From IMG/VR virus record IMGVR_UViG_3300012013_000859: a stretch of DNA of 64,000 nt; one strand, written 5' to 3'. Of the stretch, positions 40,873-50,275 are shown piece after piece. Position 1 is the stretch's first letter; each line of letters begins with the position of its first letter. The stretch comes from an uncultured virus (IMG/VR IMGVR_UViG_3300012013_000859) (Duplodnaviria > Heunggongvirae > Uroviricota > Caudoviricetes). Below the pieces are notes generated by a model that was given only the letters and a program-made list of their open reading frames with translations, made no database searches and was not told the origin of the DNA. The position numbers were made by a program, and so were the translations under genes.

Positions 40873-41310
40873 TTATACTTCCCATGGAAAAGTTATCCAA
40901 ACATTGTTAGATACTTCGGTTGTAAAGAATTCTGGAACAAATTTTGTATGCGGTTTATAATACAAACTCGCAAATTTTATGTTATTCTTTTTCATGAATA
41001 AATCATGTGTAATATTAGTAAATGTGTTACCGGTATCACTTAAATCGTCAACAACTAATATATTTTTATCTCGATGAAGGTTACATATTGATACACCGTC
41101 CTGGTAAGTTTGTTGATTATGTTGTGCAGTATTTTCGTATGAACTTACACCATGTGCAATTAGTTTTGAATAAAACAGCTTGTTGAGTATTACACTTGGT
41201 ATTAATCCACCAGTTGATATACCTAGAATAATGTCTGGTGTAAATTTTGCAATAATTTTTTTATACAATGCATTCGTATCTTTGTACACATCGTCCCATG
41301 TCAATATCAT
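40873..41310 (-). CDS. Type I phosphoribosyltransferase (purine salvage, Gpt/Hpt-like)
   Basis: GISTGGLIP, ILVVDDLSDTGNT, WITFPWE. Confidence 0.9.
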   Translation of the reverse strand: MILTWDDVYKDTNALYKKIIAKFTPDIILGISTGGLIPSVILNKLFYSKLIAHGVSSYENTAQHNQQTYQDGVSICNLHRDKNILVVDDLSDTGNTFTNITHDLFMKKNNIKFASLYYKPHTKFVPEFFTTEVSNNVWITFPWEV

Positions 41311-41319
41311 ATTGTAATT

Positions 41320-41347
41320 ATGATAAAGACATTTTCGAAATAATCAA
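41320..41347 (-). promoter_or_regulatory. Sigma70-type promoter TTGATT-N16-TATCAT for PRTase-nrdB-nrdA
   Basis: aatcaa at 41342-41347 and atgata at 41320-41325. Confidence 0.5.
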
Positions 41348-41360
41348 ATATATTTATGTA

Positions 41361-43787
41361 TTATCCACCTACTAATTCATTGAAATTAGTACCGGTACGT
41401 GTTGCGTAAAAGTTAACTAATATAAACTCTGCTGCACGAACTGGTTTTAAATACACATCCACAACTAATTCATTTTGATCAATAACTGTTGGGGTGTTAT
41501 TCCGTTCGTCACATACTAGCAAGTAATCGTATACACCATCTGTCTGTTTGACTGTTTCAAATATTGGAGATAATGTATTTATAACTTGGGTACGTGTAAA
41601 TAATGTATTTGGTTCAAATACAAAATATTTTGCAGTCCGTTTTGTTGCTTTTTCAACATATAAGAACAATCTACGTACATTAATACGATCAAATGCACTT
41701 GGTTTCTTGAGTAATGTTTTCTGACCAAAGATTACAAACCCTTCTCCTGGGAATAATGTTACTGGATTCAAACTAATCTTGTATAATTGATCGCGCTCTT
41801 TCTGTTTTGGATAAACACCTAAATCAATTGCTCCTGTAACTCTACCGCGTGTGTACCCCGCTGGTGCATACCATGGATAGAAGTTTTCATCTGTATTTGC
41901 CATGTCTGCTGCAGCAAATCCTGAGAACGGTACCCATACATCCGAACCACTATAAGCATCATTAACTTTTGCCCAGTTAGCATACGTTGTAGCATAGCTT
42001 GAATTACATAACTCAAAGGTACGTCGTAATGGTGCCCATACATTCACTGAAAATGAATTCGAAGGATTGTTTAATACTTTGTTGTTAATACCAGTTACAA
42101 ATATATGACGTAATGGATCTGCAACAAACAAGCAATCTTTACGAGCTATTTCTGCGAAATTTGTAAATGTATTGTAAATTGTTGTGTACAAACCACGTAA
42201 ATCTTGATTTGCACTAGGACTGTATACAAATGTACTTGTTAAAGCATTAAGTGCTGTAGAGTAATTTGAACTAATTTGTGTATCATCATAATATGCTGTT
42301 GAGTTTGCGCAAGCTGCGGTATAGATTGTACCCAAACCTGCTTCACAAATTAAGTCAATATTAAAAATTTCATCATCATCAATTTTTGATAAAATGCGTT
42401 CAATTTTACTTGGAATGTTACCAATTGTTTTACCAGTTGTTGTTGAGTTTGTATAAGCACCTAATGGATATAATGAATCAGCATACCCTAATCCAACTGC
42501 AGCTGAAAGAAAAGTTGTTTGATTAACACCAATACTTGCTGTAACCGCAGCATAATTTGTGTAATTCGCTGCACTTGTAGTTGAAGTGGATGTTGTTGCA
42601 GTTGATAACGTGCCTGTTAATAAATTTTGAATTGTATGTGTTACAAATCGAACTTTCTTAGATGGTGTAGCTGTCTGTGCATTAATCCATGAAGATCCAA
42701 GTCTATTTGAAATGTAATCATTAACTAATACTGTAATATTTCGAGAATTACCTGTTTTGTTACCGATAAAGTACGGAACAGGTAACCCACCATTTACATT
42801 TTGTAATTGACGGTGATAATCAAATGATGCATTATAAGATTCATCAACAATATAATCAAGTACAGTTGTATCTGGAGCGTATGGAGATTTAAATAACTTG
42901 AACACGCCAAGGGATACAGTGTCATCATATGCAACATTAAATGTATCAAATGATGGTGTATTCTCTAATCCAGCAGCAAGGCTTTGAGATGAATATGTAC
43001 CAGTTGCGTCAGATTGTGAACTGACTGCAAAATTTAACACACTTTTTGGTATAGATAAAAAGTCAGTAGTGCCAGTTGCTGGTGCGGTTACTTGAGTTGT
43101 TTGTACATTTACAATGCTATCAAAATTTGTTGTTGGTAACAAGTTGGTGTTATCAATAATACCAACATAATAACCTTCAAATTGATCATTAATAGTTGCT
43201 TGAGATTTATTCAACACAACTAAACCGGCACTTGCAAATGATGCGATAGATGAAATTCCAGTAGCAGCACCGGAGAGACCTGAAATTGTAACTGTACCGG
43301 ACTCAGGTACTGTTGTGTTGCTCCATGTAATACCACCTTGTACAATATTATAATATTCAGATTGTGTCAATTCAAACAATTTCGGTGCACCAAAAAAGTA
43401 AATACTGTCTGCTGAAGCATTTAATGTTTGTGTATATTGATTAGAACTTGGCGAGAAAGCTACTGTAGGATATACTAATGCACTATATTTACTACCAAAT
43501 CCATCACCTAAACCACTACCATATGGTAAACGATTAACGAGTAAATTACCATTACTACCATTTAAAATTTGTTTGGCTGTGTAATACAAATAACGTTCTG
43601 CAGCATTAGTTGGTGTACCATAAATTTGTTCAAATTCAGGAACACTAGTAATTTGAATAACAGCGTCTGTTGGACCTTTGGATGCAAAACCAGTAACAAA
43701 AATATCTGTACCACGAGGGATACTCGGTGAAAGTGATAAATCTTTTTCTGTAATTTGTACGCCGGGGCTTTGAATAATTCTGCTCAT
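41361..43787 (-). CDS. gp18: Tail sheath protein gp18
   Basis: SPGVQITEKDLS, PWYAPAG..RG, FGQKTL....SAFDRINVRRLF, FEPN, KPVRAAEFI. Confidence 0.97.
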   Translation of the reverse strand: MSRIIQSPGVQITEKDLSLSPSIPRGTDIFVTGFASKGPTDAVIQITSVPEFEQIYGTPTNAAERYLYYTAKQILNGSNGNLLVNRLPYGSGLGDGFGSKYSALVYPTVAFSPSSNQYTQTLNASADSIYFFGAPKLFELTQSEYYNIVQGGITWSNTTVPESGTVTISGLSGAATGISSIASFASAGLVVLNKSQATINDQFEGYYVGIIDNTNLLPTTNFDSIVNVQTTQVTAPATGTTDFLSIPKSVLNFAVSSQSDATGTYSSQSLAAGLENTPSFDTFNVAYDDTVSLGVFKLFKSPYAPDTTVLDYIVDESYNASFDYHRQLQNVNGGLPVPYFIGNKTGNSRNITVLVNDYISNRLGSSWINAQTATPSKKVRFVTHTIQNLLTGTLSTATTSTSTTSAANYTNYAAVTASIGVNQTTFLSAAVGLGYADSLYPLGAYTNSTTTGKTIGNIPSKIERILSKIDDDEIFNIDLICEAGLGTIYTAACANSTAYYDDTQISSNYSTALNALTSTFVYSPSANQDLRGLYTTIYNTFTNFAEIARKDCLFVADPLRHIFVTGINNKVLNNPSNSFSVNVWAPLRRTFELCNSSYATTYANWAKVNDAYSGSDVWVPFSGFAAADMANTDENFYPWYAPAGYTRGRVTGAIDLGVYPKQKERDQLYKISLNPVTLFPGEGFVIFGQKTLLKKPSAFDRINVRRLFLYVEKATKRTAKYFVFEPNTLFTRTQVINTLSPIFETVKQTDGVYDYLLVCDERNNTPTVIDQNELVVDVYLKPVRAAEFILVNFYATRTGTNFNELVGG

Positions 43788-43793
43788 ATTTTA

Positions 43794-43801
43794 TATTTAT
43801 A
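43794..43801 (-). promoter_or_regulatory. T4-type late promoter TATAAATA
   Basis: Exact consensus 6 nt upstream of the gp18 ATG. Confidence 0.85.
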
Positions 43802-43846
43802 AAATTTCAACCAAAAATATTTGAAATGTACAAATTTAATCAAAAA

Positions 43847-44431
43847 TTATATCAATGTTACATTAACTTCATGAAATGCAAACTCAAATGTTGATTCAAT
43901 TTCGGTAGAATTTCTGTAATTGTAATTAATTTCACCCAAAGTAACAGGAAATGATTTGGTATAATCCCATCGAATTACATTTTTATTGAATTCATCTTTA
44001 CCGTATACTGTAAACGTTGTCGCGTAATCATCAATTCCAAATTTTTTATCTAAAACATTTTTTGAATCTACAATACCAGATACACCCTCTTTTTGATCCC
44101 TCAATAAATTCAACCATGAAAATAAAACCCAATAATTATTAAAATAGTTATCAATTGTAAAATTTATTGTAATTGGTGCATATGCAGGTCGGGAATGAGA
44201 TGATAATTGTACAGATGATCCCATGTAACGTGCTTCAATTGGTGGTACTTGAATTCTAGGCACAATTGTACCGTAAACAGAAAATTGTAACGTATCTAAA
44301 TTAATATTAATATTATTTCTAACACCTCGTTTATTAATTTCTCGAATAGGTGTGGGTAAATTAATAACAAGTACAAACTTATCTACCCTACTTTTATTTA
44401 ACATTGATTGTTGATATACAGGATCACTCAT
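43847..44431 (-). CDS. gp3: Tail completion/tube terminator gp3-like
   Basis: ITINFTIDNYFNNYWVLFSWL, FPVTLGEINY. Confidence 0.65.
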   Translation of the reverse strand: MSDPVYQQSMLNKSRVDKFVLVINLPTPIREINKRGVRNNININLDTLQFSVYGTIVPRIQVPPIEARYMGSSVQLSSHSRPAYAPITINFTIDNYFNNYWVLFSWLNLLRDQKEGVSGIVDSKNVLDKKFGIDDYATTFTVYGKDEFNKNVIRWDYTKSFPVTLGEINYNYRNSTEIESTFEFAFHEVNVTLI

Positions 44432-44434
44432 ATA

Positions 44435-45037
44435 TTATTTTAATCTAGTTCTTATTAAATTGTATGCATTTATTGCAGTTTGTTTGTTTACTTTTTTTGA
44501 CATACCATTAATAAATGAACCTAAATTACTATTGATTGCAAATTCTCGTAGTTTTGAAGCACTCATACCTTCTGTACCTTCAGAATCTGGATCTCTAAAC
44601 CCAGCTGATTCAACTTGATAATTTTCAAATTGAAATGGTATATTTCCACTTTTATCAGGTTTACCATTCAAACGATTTACTAAATTTTTGTAATCATCAA
44701 TACGGTCATCACCAGCTAATTGAATAATATTTGTGTATCCACGATTTTGTAATTCTTGTAAAATATGAATTAATGTATCCCCGTTACCGTTGATGATCAA
44801 TCTTGGCTCATCAGCAATCATTTCCTTTATAATTTTTACTTTTTCATTATATTCTAATGGATCCTTTTTATTATTAACTGTGTGGGATGGAACAATAACC
44901 CCAGTCGTGTTAAATTTATCACTTAATTCAGCTAATTTGTTGAATAATTTAGCATGTCCAATAGTCGGTGGGTTGAATCTACCATATGTAAATACAGCGG
45001 TTTTTTGATTGTTTACAAATGTTTTAAAGTTTTGCAT
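44435..45037 (-). CDS. HIGH-family nucleotidyltransferase (phage cytidyltransferase)
   Basis: FTYGRFNPPTIGHAKL, DPL...K, AGDDR, SAG.RDPD.EG..GMSASKLR. Confidence 0.9.
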   Translation of the reverse strand: MQNFKTFVNNQKTAVFTYGRFNPPTIGHAKLFNKLAELSDKFNTTGVIVPSHTVNNKKDPLEYNEKVKIIKEMIADEPRLIINGNGDTLIHILQELQNRGYTNIIQLAGDDRIDDYKNLVNRLNGKPDKSGNIPFQFENYQVESAGFRDPDSEGTEGMSASKLREFAINSNLGSFINGMSKKVNKQTAINAYNLIRTRLK

Positions 45038-46271
45038 CAGACATTTCTCCTATACTTTTAATTGCAAATTTCGATACAAAATTTAAATCAATTAAAGATT
45101 CTTTGGTATTTTTTATTTGTAACATATCTGGTAATATATCACCTGCAACATTTCTTAATTCAATTTTATACAACGCGCCGTTTTCAGTTGTTAAATTTAT
45201 TGTTAATTGTTTTGTTGATTTATCAATTGATGAAAAATATGGGTATTTAACAGATACAGAAGTAATCTTACCACCTACCAACCGTTCAACATTTACAGTT
45301 TCATTTAAATCCATTAATGTAACATCATTCAAGTTATTATATTTCAACAACCAATAACCATATCCATATGCAGATGCCAAGTATTTTATCATTACATCAG
45401 ATTCATTTGTTGTTGGTATAAATGTTTCAGTGTGTTCATTAATTGAAACTGTGCGATTTTTGTAATTTGTTAATTCTGTTGCAAATTTATCATAATCAAC
45501 ACGTAAACACTCTAAAAGTGATTTAAATTTGAATGATTTTGATGTGTGTTTGATTTCATTTTTTTCTTCAACAAACATACCACTTATTCCACTATTTGAT
45601 AATGTATTTTTTGAAGTTTTCAATGAAATATAAACATCTTCACCAGATTTAAGTTGAATTGTAATATCGCTGATTTTTTTACCTACATTATTTAATTCGG
45701 ATGATATTTCTCGTCTACTAGCTTTACCCTTTTCATATTGTATACCATCAATATTTTCAAATGATTCTATATCTGGTATATGTTGAATCATATTATCTAA
45801 TAAACCACCTAGTATTAACTCTTTATTGTCAATTTGTTGTTTTAATGATTGATGTACAGCTATTTCAAATTGTATACCTACATTTTGAGGTTTGGTATTT
45901 GTAATAATAATTGGTACACTAATACCGTCTTTTGTAAATACATATGTAACATATTTTTTACTTTTAGATTCATTAAATTTACCACCTTTTAATGTATACC
46001 TATCAAGTGGTGGTACCGGAGTAAATTCTGCTTGTATTGCAACTGCTATATTTTTTAATATTATGTCTACTTGCAATGGTTCATCTTTAACTTCATCAGA
46101 ACCCATGATTCTGAAACCTTTTTTCATAAGAACACTTCGTGTAAAGTGTTTATTTGGTGGTAACAGGTAACCATCAGAGTTGTCAACGACTTCATTGCCT
46201 AATTTGTTAATTTGGTTGGCTAATTCAACATCTTGTTTTTTATTTTCAATTATAAATTGTTGAAATGTCAT
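45024..46271 (-). CDS. PD-(D/E)XK endonuclease-like protein with CTS-like N-terminus
   Basis: GIQFE ... KISDITI....EDVYISLK; start ATG 46271 (MTFQQFIIE) after TATAAATA. Confidence 0.6.
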   Translation of the reverse strand: MTFQQFIIENKKQDVELANQINKLGNEVVDNSDGYLLPPNKHFTRSVLMKKGFRIMGSDEVKDEPLQVDIILKNIAVAIQAEFTPVPPLDRYTLKGGKFNESKSKKYVTYVFTKDGISVPIIITNTKPQNVGIQFEIAVHQSLKQQIDNKELILGGLLDNMIQHIPDIESFENIDGIQYEKGKASRREISSELNNVGKKISDITIQLKSGEDVYISLKTSKNTLSNSGISGMFVEEKNEIKHTSKSFKFKSLLECLRVDYDKFATELTNYKNRTVSINEHTETFIPTTNESDVMIKYLASAYGYGYWLLKYNNLNDVTLMDLNETVNVERLVGGKITSVSVKYPYFSSIDKSTKQLTINLTTENGALYKIELRNVAGDILPDMLQIKNTKESLIDLNFVSKFAIKSIGEMSDAKL

Positions 46272-46281
46272 ATACTTGTAA

Positions 46282-46289
46282 TATTTATA
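46282..46289 (-). promoter_or_regulatory. T4-type late promoter TATAAATA
   Basis: Exact consensus 10 nt upstream of ATG 46271. Confidence 0.75.
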
Positions 46290-46322
46290 TAAACACAATT
46301 ATGTATCAATGAATTGTTATTA

Positions 46323-47849
46323 TTAATTTAAACTATCCCAAATACCACCTATTGCGTTGTATGGATTTAATGTTACTTGTTTATCGAGTGCAATCTTTTG
46401 TTTCTGTTCTTTAACTTCTTTCGGTGATAACCTAACACCGTTTATATACCAACCTCCCCTATCGCCATGTCCAACTACAATTGCTGGACCATCTGTGCAA
46501 TGCAATTTATCATTTTGAAAATACTCGTCATTACCTTTACCATCAGTTGTTGCTGGTAAGGATTTACCTGTTACTGGGTCTTTTTCATCTCGATGTTGCA
46601 TATTATTAAAATACCATGCTTTAGCACCATCCTCATATACAACTGCTGGTAATGTTAATCCTGTTTTTGGATCTTTTTCTGTACGTTCTATTATTGCATG
46701 TTCAGGGTCTTTATGGTACCATTTAGTGCCATATTTATCAACTTCAAGATATGGTGGACCAACTTGTATTTTACCTTTAGGGTCTTTATAATACCACCAT
46801 GTTCCATCTTCTTCACGGTAAGCACCTGGATGATATATCTCATATACCTGGAGTTGCTTTGATTCTTTTAAAATTGGTTTTTGTTCATCTTTATTTTTTT
46901 GTTCTTGATTTGCAAAAAATGTAGGGGTATTAACTTTAAACATGAACGGTTTATCGCCTATATTTAATTTTATTACAATACCTTCAAATTCGCCCAGTCT
47001 TCCTGCAACTGTCATTGCAGTTGCAAGTATTTTTTGATAAATCGATTCTTGGATGGGAGCAATAGCTTGTTGAATATATGATTTATATTGTTTTCTATTG
47101 GCTACATCCTCACGTTTAAGTGATTTGGAAGAAATTACTACTTGTAAATCTGGGTATTTTACGTTAATATCACTAATAATATTGTTAGCTGCTACAATAT
47201 CAGCTCTTAAATTAATGTCAGGAAATATTTCAATATAAGCAGGTAAAAATTTAACTTCATCTGTAGATAATTTCACCAAACGTGTTGTGATATTAGGTAA
47301 ATTTTTACCATTTAAATCTGTACATTTTATAATAACAAATGTTGACCATTTACCAAGTTTAACTGTATCATAATCGGTAGCAACAAAATAAACCATCCCG
47401 GGTTTATTTTCACGTTCAAGAGCTAATGGTGAATACAACCACTCCGCTTGAATAATTACACCATTTTTAACATTTAACAATGCGGGGTACACTAATTCTC
47501 TCAATTTATTAAAATTGCTTTTAAATGCTTCTTTTACTGGTGGGTATTTAATTGTAGATTCAAATTCTTCAGGGTCTGTTACTATACCTGAATAGCTACT
47601 TTGCATAAAGAATTTACCATCTGCTAGAAATCCAAACTTCAAAGCTATTCCATCTGCTTTTTCTGATAGTTCCGCATTTGAACTTTTAATAACACCCCGT
47701 TCTTTATTAAGAGCATCTATAAACTCAACAAACGTATTGTATTCCATTGCAAGATGCGATTTTGTTGGATGGTACAAATGTGGTATACCCACCCTATCAC
47801 CTTGTTTTGCTTCTATAAAAATGTGTTGTTTAAATGTTAATGGAGACAT
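46323..47849 (-). CDS. ATP-dependent ligase-like nucleotidyltransferase plus C-terminal beta-hairpin repeat domain
   Basis: Motif I EKADG, III IQAEW, IV EGIVIK, V FKV; C-terminal HRD...LPA / LHCTDGPAIV...WYING repeats. Confidence 0.7.
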   Translation of the reverse strand: MSPLTFKQHIFIEAKQGDRVGIPHLYHPTKSHLAMEYNTFVEFIDALNKERGVIKSSNAELSEKADGIALKFGFLADGKFFMQSSYSGIVTDPEEFESTIKYPPVKEAFKSNFNKLRELVYPALLNVKNGVIIQAEWLYSPLALERENKPGMVYFVATDYDTVKLGKWSTFVIIKCTDLNGKNLPNITTRLVKLSTDEVKFLPAYIEIFPDINLRADIVAANNIISDINVKYPDLQVVISSKSLKREDVANRKQYKSYIQQAIAPIQESIYQKILATAMTVAGRLGEFEGIVIKLNIGDKPFMFKVNTPTFFANQEQKNKDEQKPILKESKQLQVYEIYHPGAYREEDGTWWYYKDPKGKIQVGPPYLEVDKYGTKWYHKDPEHAIIERTEKDPKTGLTLPAVVYEDGAKAWYFNNMQHRDEKDPVTGKSLPATTDGKGNDEYFQNDKLHCTDGPAIVVGHGDRGGWYINGVRLSPKEVKEQKQKIALDKQVTLNPYNAIGGIWDSLN

Positions 47850-48546
47850 TATATTTTGTTGTTAGTGTTTCTTGTGCACCTTGTAATAATTCACGAACTT
47901 GTTCTGGATTCAAATTTTCTTTTAATTTTGATACAATACTTGGAATATTAAAAAGATCTTTTGCTGTAGCTGTATTATCATCAAATAATATTTCAGCTAT
48001 TTCATCCGGATCAGTTGAAATGACATTTGATGCTTCACGATCAACTAAACCATCACCGGATAAAAATTTCATATCACGGGCTTTTGCTAGACATGCCAGA
48101 ATAATATTTCTATGCACACCTTTTAATGGTAATGTTTCATTATTTGCTAAATAAAATTTTGCAAATTCTAAATTATTTACGAATAAAAAATCTGTTTGTC
48201 CATATTGTTCGGTATCTGGAATTTGAGTTTTAAAATGTATTCCTGCTCCGGTTCTACGGACATATTCAGATGCATCAAGATCATTCTCTTTACAATAATT
48301 CAAAAGACTATTATAAATTGTATCCCTTTGAGATTTCAAGGCACCAATATCAATATCACCACTAATTTCTTTTTTGCCAGTGGATCCTAATAGATTATTT
48401 GACAAATCTATGTTTAAAATTTTACTTAAATTGTCAACCATTTTCAAAACATCTGTTTTTTTGATATTTGTAGTAGCACTGGTTCCGTCTGCATTTTTAA
48501 ATACATTACCACCTTCCAATAAAATAAATTGTTTGAATGTTACCAT
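47830..48546 (-). CDS. Pol-beta/PolX-family nucleotidyltransferase
   Basis: LLGSTGKKEISGDIDI, third Asp in QTDF, thumb-like HRNIILACLAKARDMKF..DGL; start ATG 48546. Confidence 0.8.
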   Translation of the reverse strand: MVTFKQFILLEGGNVFKNADGTSATTNIKKTDVLKMVDNLSKILNIDLSNNLLGSTGKKEISGDIDIGALKSQRDTIYNSLLNYCKENDLDASEYVRRTGAGIHFKTQIPDTEQYGQTDFLFVNNLEFAKFYLANNETLPLKGVHRNIILACLAKARDMKFLSGDGLVDREASNVISTDPDEIAEILFDDNTATAKDLFNIPSIVSKLKENLNPEQVRELLQGAQETLTTKYNVSINI

Positions 48547-48559
48547 AATTATTTTATAT

Positions 48560-50251
48560 TTAATACCCTGACTGTAAAAAAGTCCAACCATCGTCTTTTA
48601 AATCATCAGCATCTTTGTTACTTTCAGAGTTGCCAAGTAAAAATGGCAGTGCATGCCCTTGTGTTAAACTGTTTTGTTGATTTGAATATATTGAAGTTGG
48701 GTTGATAAAATACTTTAAACCGTAATCTAATTGTTTGATCCGTAACGGTTTATTATTATCATCTCTTTGAATTACTTCAAAATATTTTTCTACCATTGGT
48801 TCAGACAAAATAAACAATGCCCAAATTAACGACATTACTCGGTCATCATGTTTACCAGATTCTGCTGACCAACTTCCATTAGCATTACGATTAAATGTTT
48901 TTAATTCATTTAGTGTACGTACATCTTTAATAATAACAGACTTTACCGTGTTTATCCAATATCTTTCATTTATAATTGCTTGATATTTTACATTTATATG
49001 TGAAATAATACCTAATCTAACTTTGTCTCTTATAATAATAGATGCACCGTAACTTACAATATTTTCATAATTGTAATCTTTTCTTAAATTGTCGACCACA
49101 CCAGCTCCGCAATTATTACGTTCAATAAGTGCTAATGGTTTGCCCCAGTTTAATAAAATTTCATGCAATTTTGGTGTAAATTCAATTGGTGTAATTGAAT
49201 TTGAATGATAACAAGCAACTTGTTTAATTTCACGTAAATCTGTTATGTCTAAAATTTGTATACATGATGCATCTTGATTTATGCCTTCGGAAATATCAAC
49301 ACCCGCAACATATAAATGATCGGCTTGTGGAACTTCCCATATACTGTAATGATCACCATCAACAAGAATTTCAGGTTTCGTACAATGCATTTTCATACGC
49401 TCAAACAAATCAATATCAATAGATGATTCACCAGATTCATTGAATGAACATGCAAACTCACGATCAAATGCAGTAGGATCACTCATGGAAGACATAGTTT
49501 CCTTTTTCCATTTTTCATCTCTACCAGGAACTTGATCCCAAGTAACTTTCATATGTGCCCAGTTGTTTTCATCTTTTACTGCACCTGCATAAATTTTGTA
49601 AAACAACCCCGATGTGTCTCTTGGAGTTGAACACATCACAATTTTTGATTTCTTGGAAGATGAAATAATTGGGTAAACTGATGCCCAAAATTCATTTAAC
49701 ATTCCTGGATCAATCCAATCTGCTTCATCAATCATTAATAGATTACAGCTGGATCCACGTGCAGCTGTACCGGTTGTGGTTGAAATACCAATTTGACTAC
49801 CATTTTCAAGCTCTAATGATTCTTTACCATATGTTTCAGTTGGAGACTTCAACCAGTTCGGTAAACCCTCATAAGCTACACGAATACGTTTGAAAATTTG
49901 TTTAGCTGTACTTTCTTTATTAGCTACAATTAGAATGTTTTGATTTTCATTAAATATCGCTTGCCATAAACATAAAATTGTTGAAATTGTAGATTTTCCA
50001 CTTTGACGAGCAAATAATAAAATTGAAAACCTATTTTCTTTCATTAATTTGATTGCTTTTTTCTGATATTTGTGCAATTTAATCTTTTGTTTACCTTCAT
50101 CCAAGTTGATAATGTAGAAATAATTTTCTGCAAAATACAATACATCGTTTGCACATTTTTGCATTTCCTTTACCATTTCTGGTGTATATTCAAACATTGA
50201 ACCAACAGCTGGTAAATTAGGATTGTTTAAATAATGTGTTTTTTTAGCCAT
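48560..50251 (-). CDS. gp17: Terminase large subunit gp17
   Basis: ARQSGKS, LENGS, LMIDEA, STP, REFAC.F, GVDISEG..D.S, IERNNCG, HDDRVMSL; start ATG 50251. Confidence 0.97.
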   Translation of the reverse strand: MAKKTHYLNNPNLPAVGSMFEYTPEMVKEMQKCANDVLYFAENYFYIINLDEGKQKIKLHKYQKKAIKLMKENRFSILLFARQSGKSTISTILCLWQAIFNENQNILIVANKESTAKQIFKRIRVAYEGLPNWLKSPTETYGKESLELENGSQIGISTTTGTAARGSSCNLLMIDEADWIDPGMLNEFWASVYPIISSSKKSKIVMCSTPRDTSGLFYKIYAGAVKDENNWAHMKVTWDQVPGRDEKWKKETMSSMSDPTAFDREFACSFNESGESSIDIDLFERMKMHCTKPEILVDGDHYSIWEVPQADHLYVAGVDISEGINQDASCIQILDITDLREIKQVACYHSNSITPIEFTPKLHEILLNWGKPLALIERNNCGAGVVDNLRKDYNYENIVSYGASIIIRDKVRLGIISHINVKYQAIINERYWINTVKSVIIKDVRTLNELKTFNRNANGSWSAESGKHDDRVMSLIWALFILSEPMVEKYFEVIQRDDNNKPLRIKQLDYGLKYFINPTSIYSNQQNSLTQGHALPFLLGNSESNKDADDLKDDGWTFLQSGY

Positions 50252-50256
50252 AATAA

Positions 50257-50270
50257 CATAAATACTTATA
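50257..50270. promoter_or_regulatory. Overlapping divergent late boxes: CATAAATA (+, 50257-50264) and TATAAGTA (-, 50263-50270)
   Basis: Both lie in the 24-bp gap between gp17 and the 50276 gene. Confidence 0.55.
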
Positions 50271-50275
50271 CATAA

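Noticed and set aside
40873..45037. NAD reconstitution pathway (Nampt plus Nmnat)
   Set aside because: The PRTase is a small type I purine-salvage-like enzyme, not Nampt, and is in a different transcription unit from the HIGH enzyme.
47830..48546. CBASS CD-NTase or CCA-adding enzyme
   Set aside because: The GS..DxD core is shared, but the size and thumb-like C-terminus fit PolX-like proteins better, and no effector gene is recognisable.
38130..50251. Introns or inteins in nrdA, nrdB or gp17
   Set aside because: All three are uninterrupted and of compact length.
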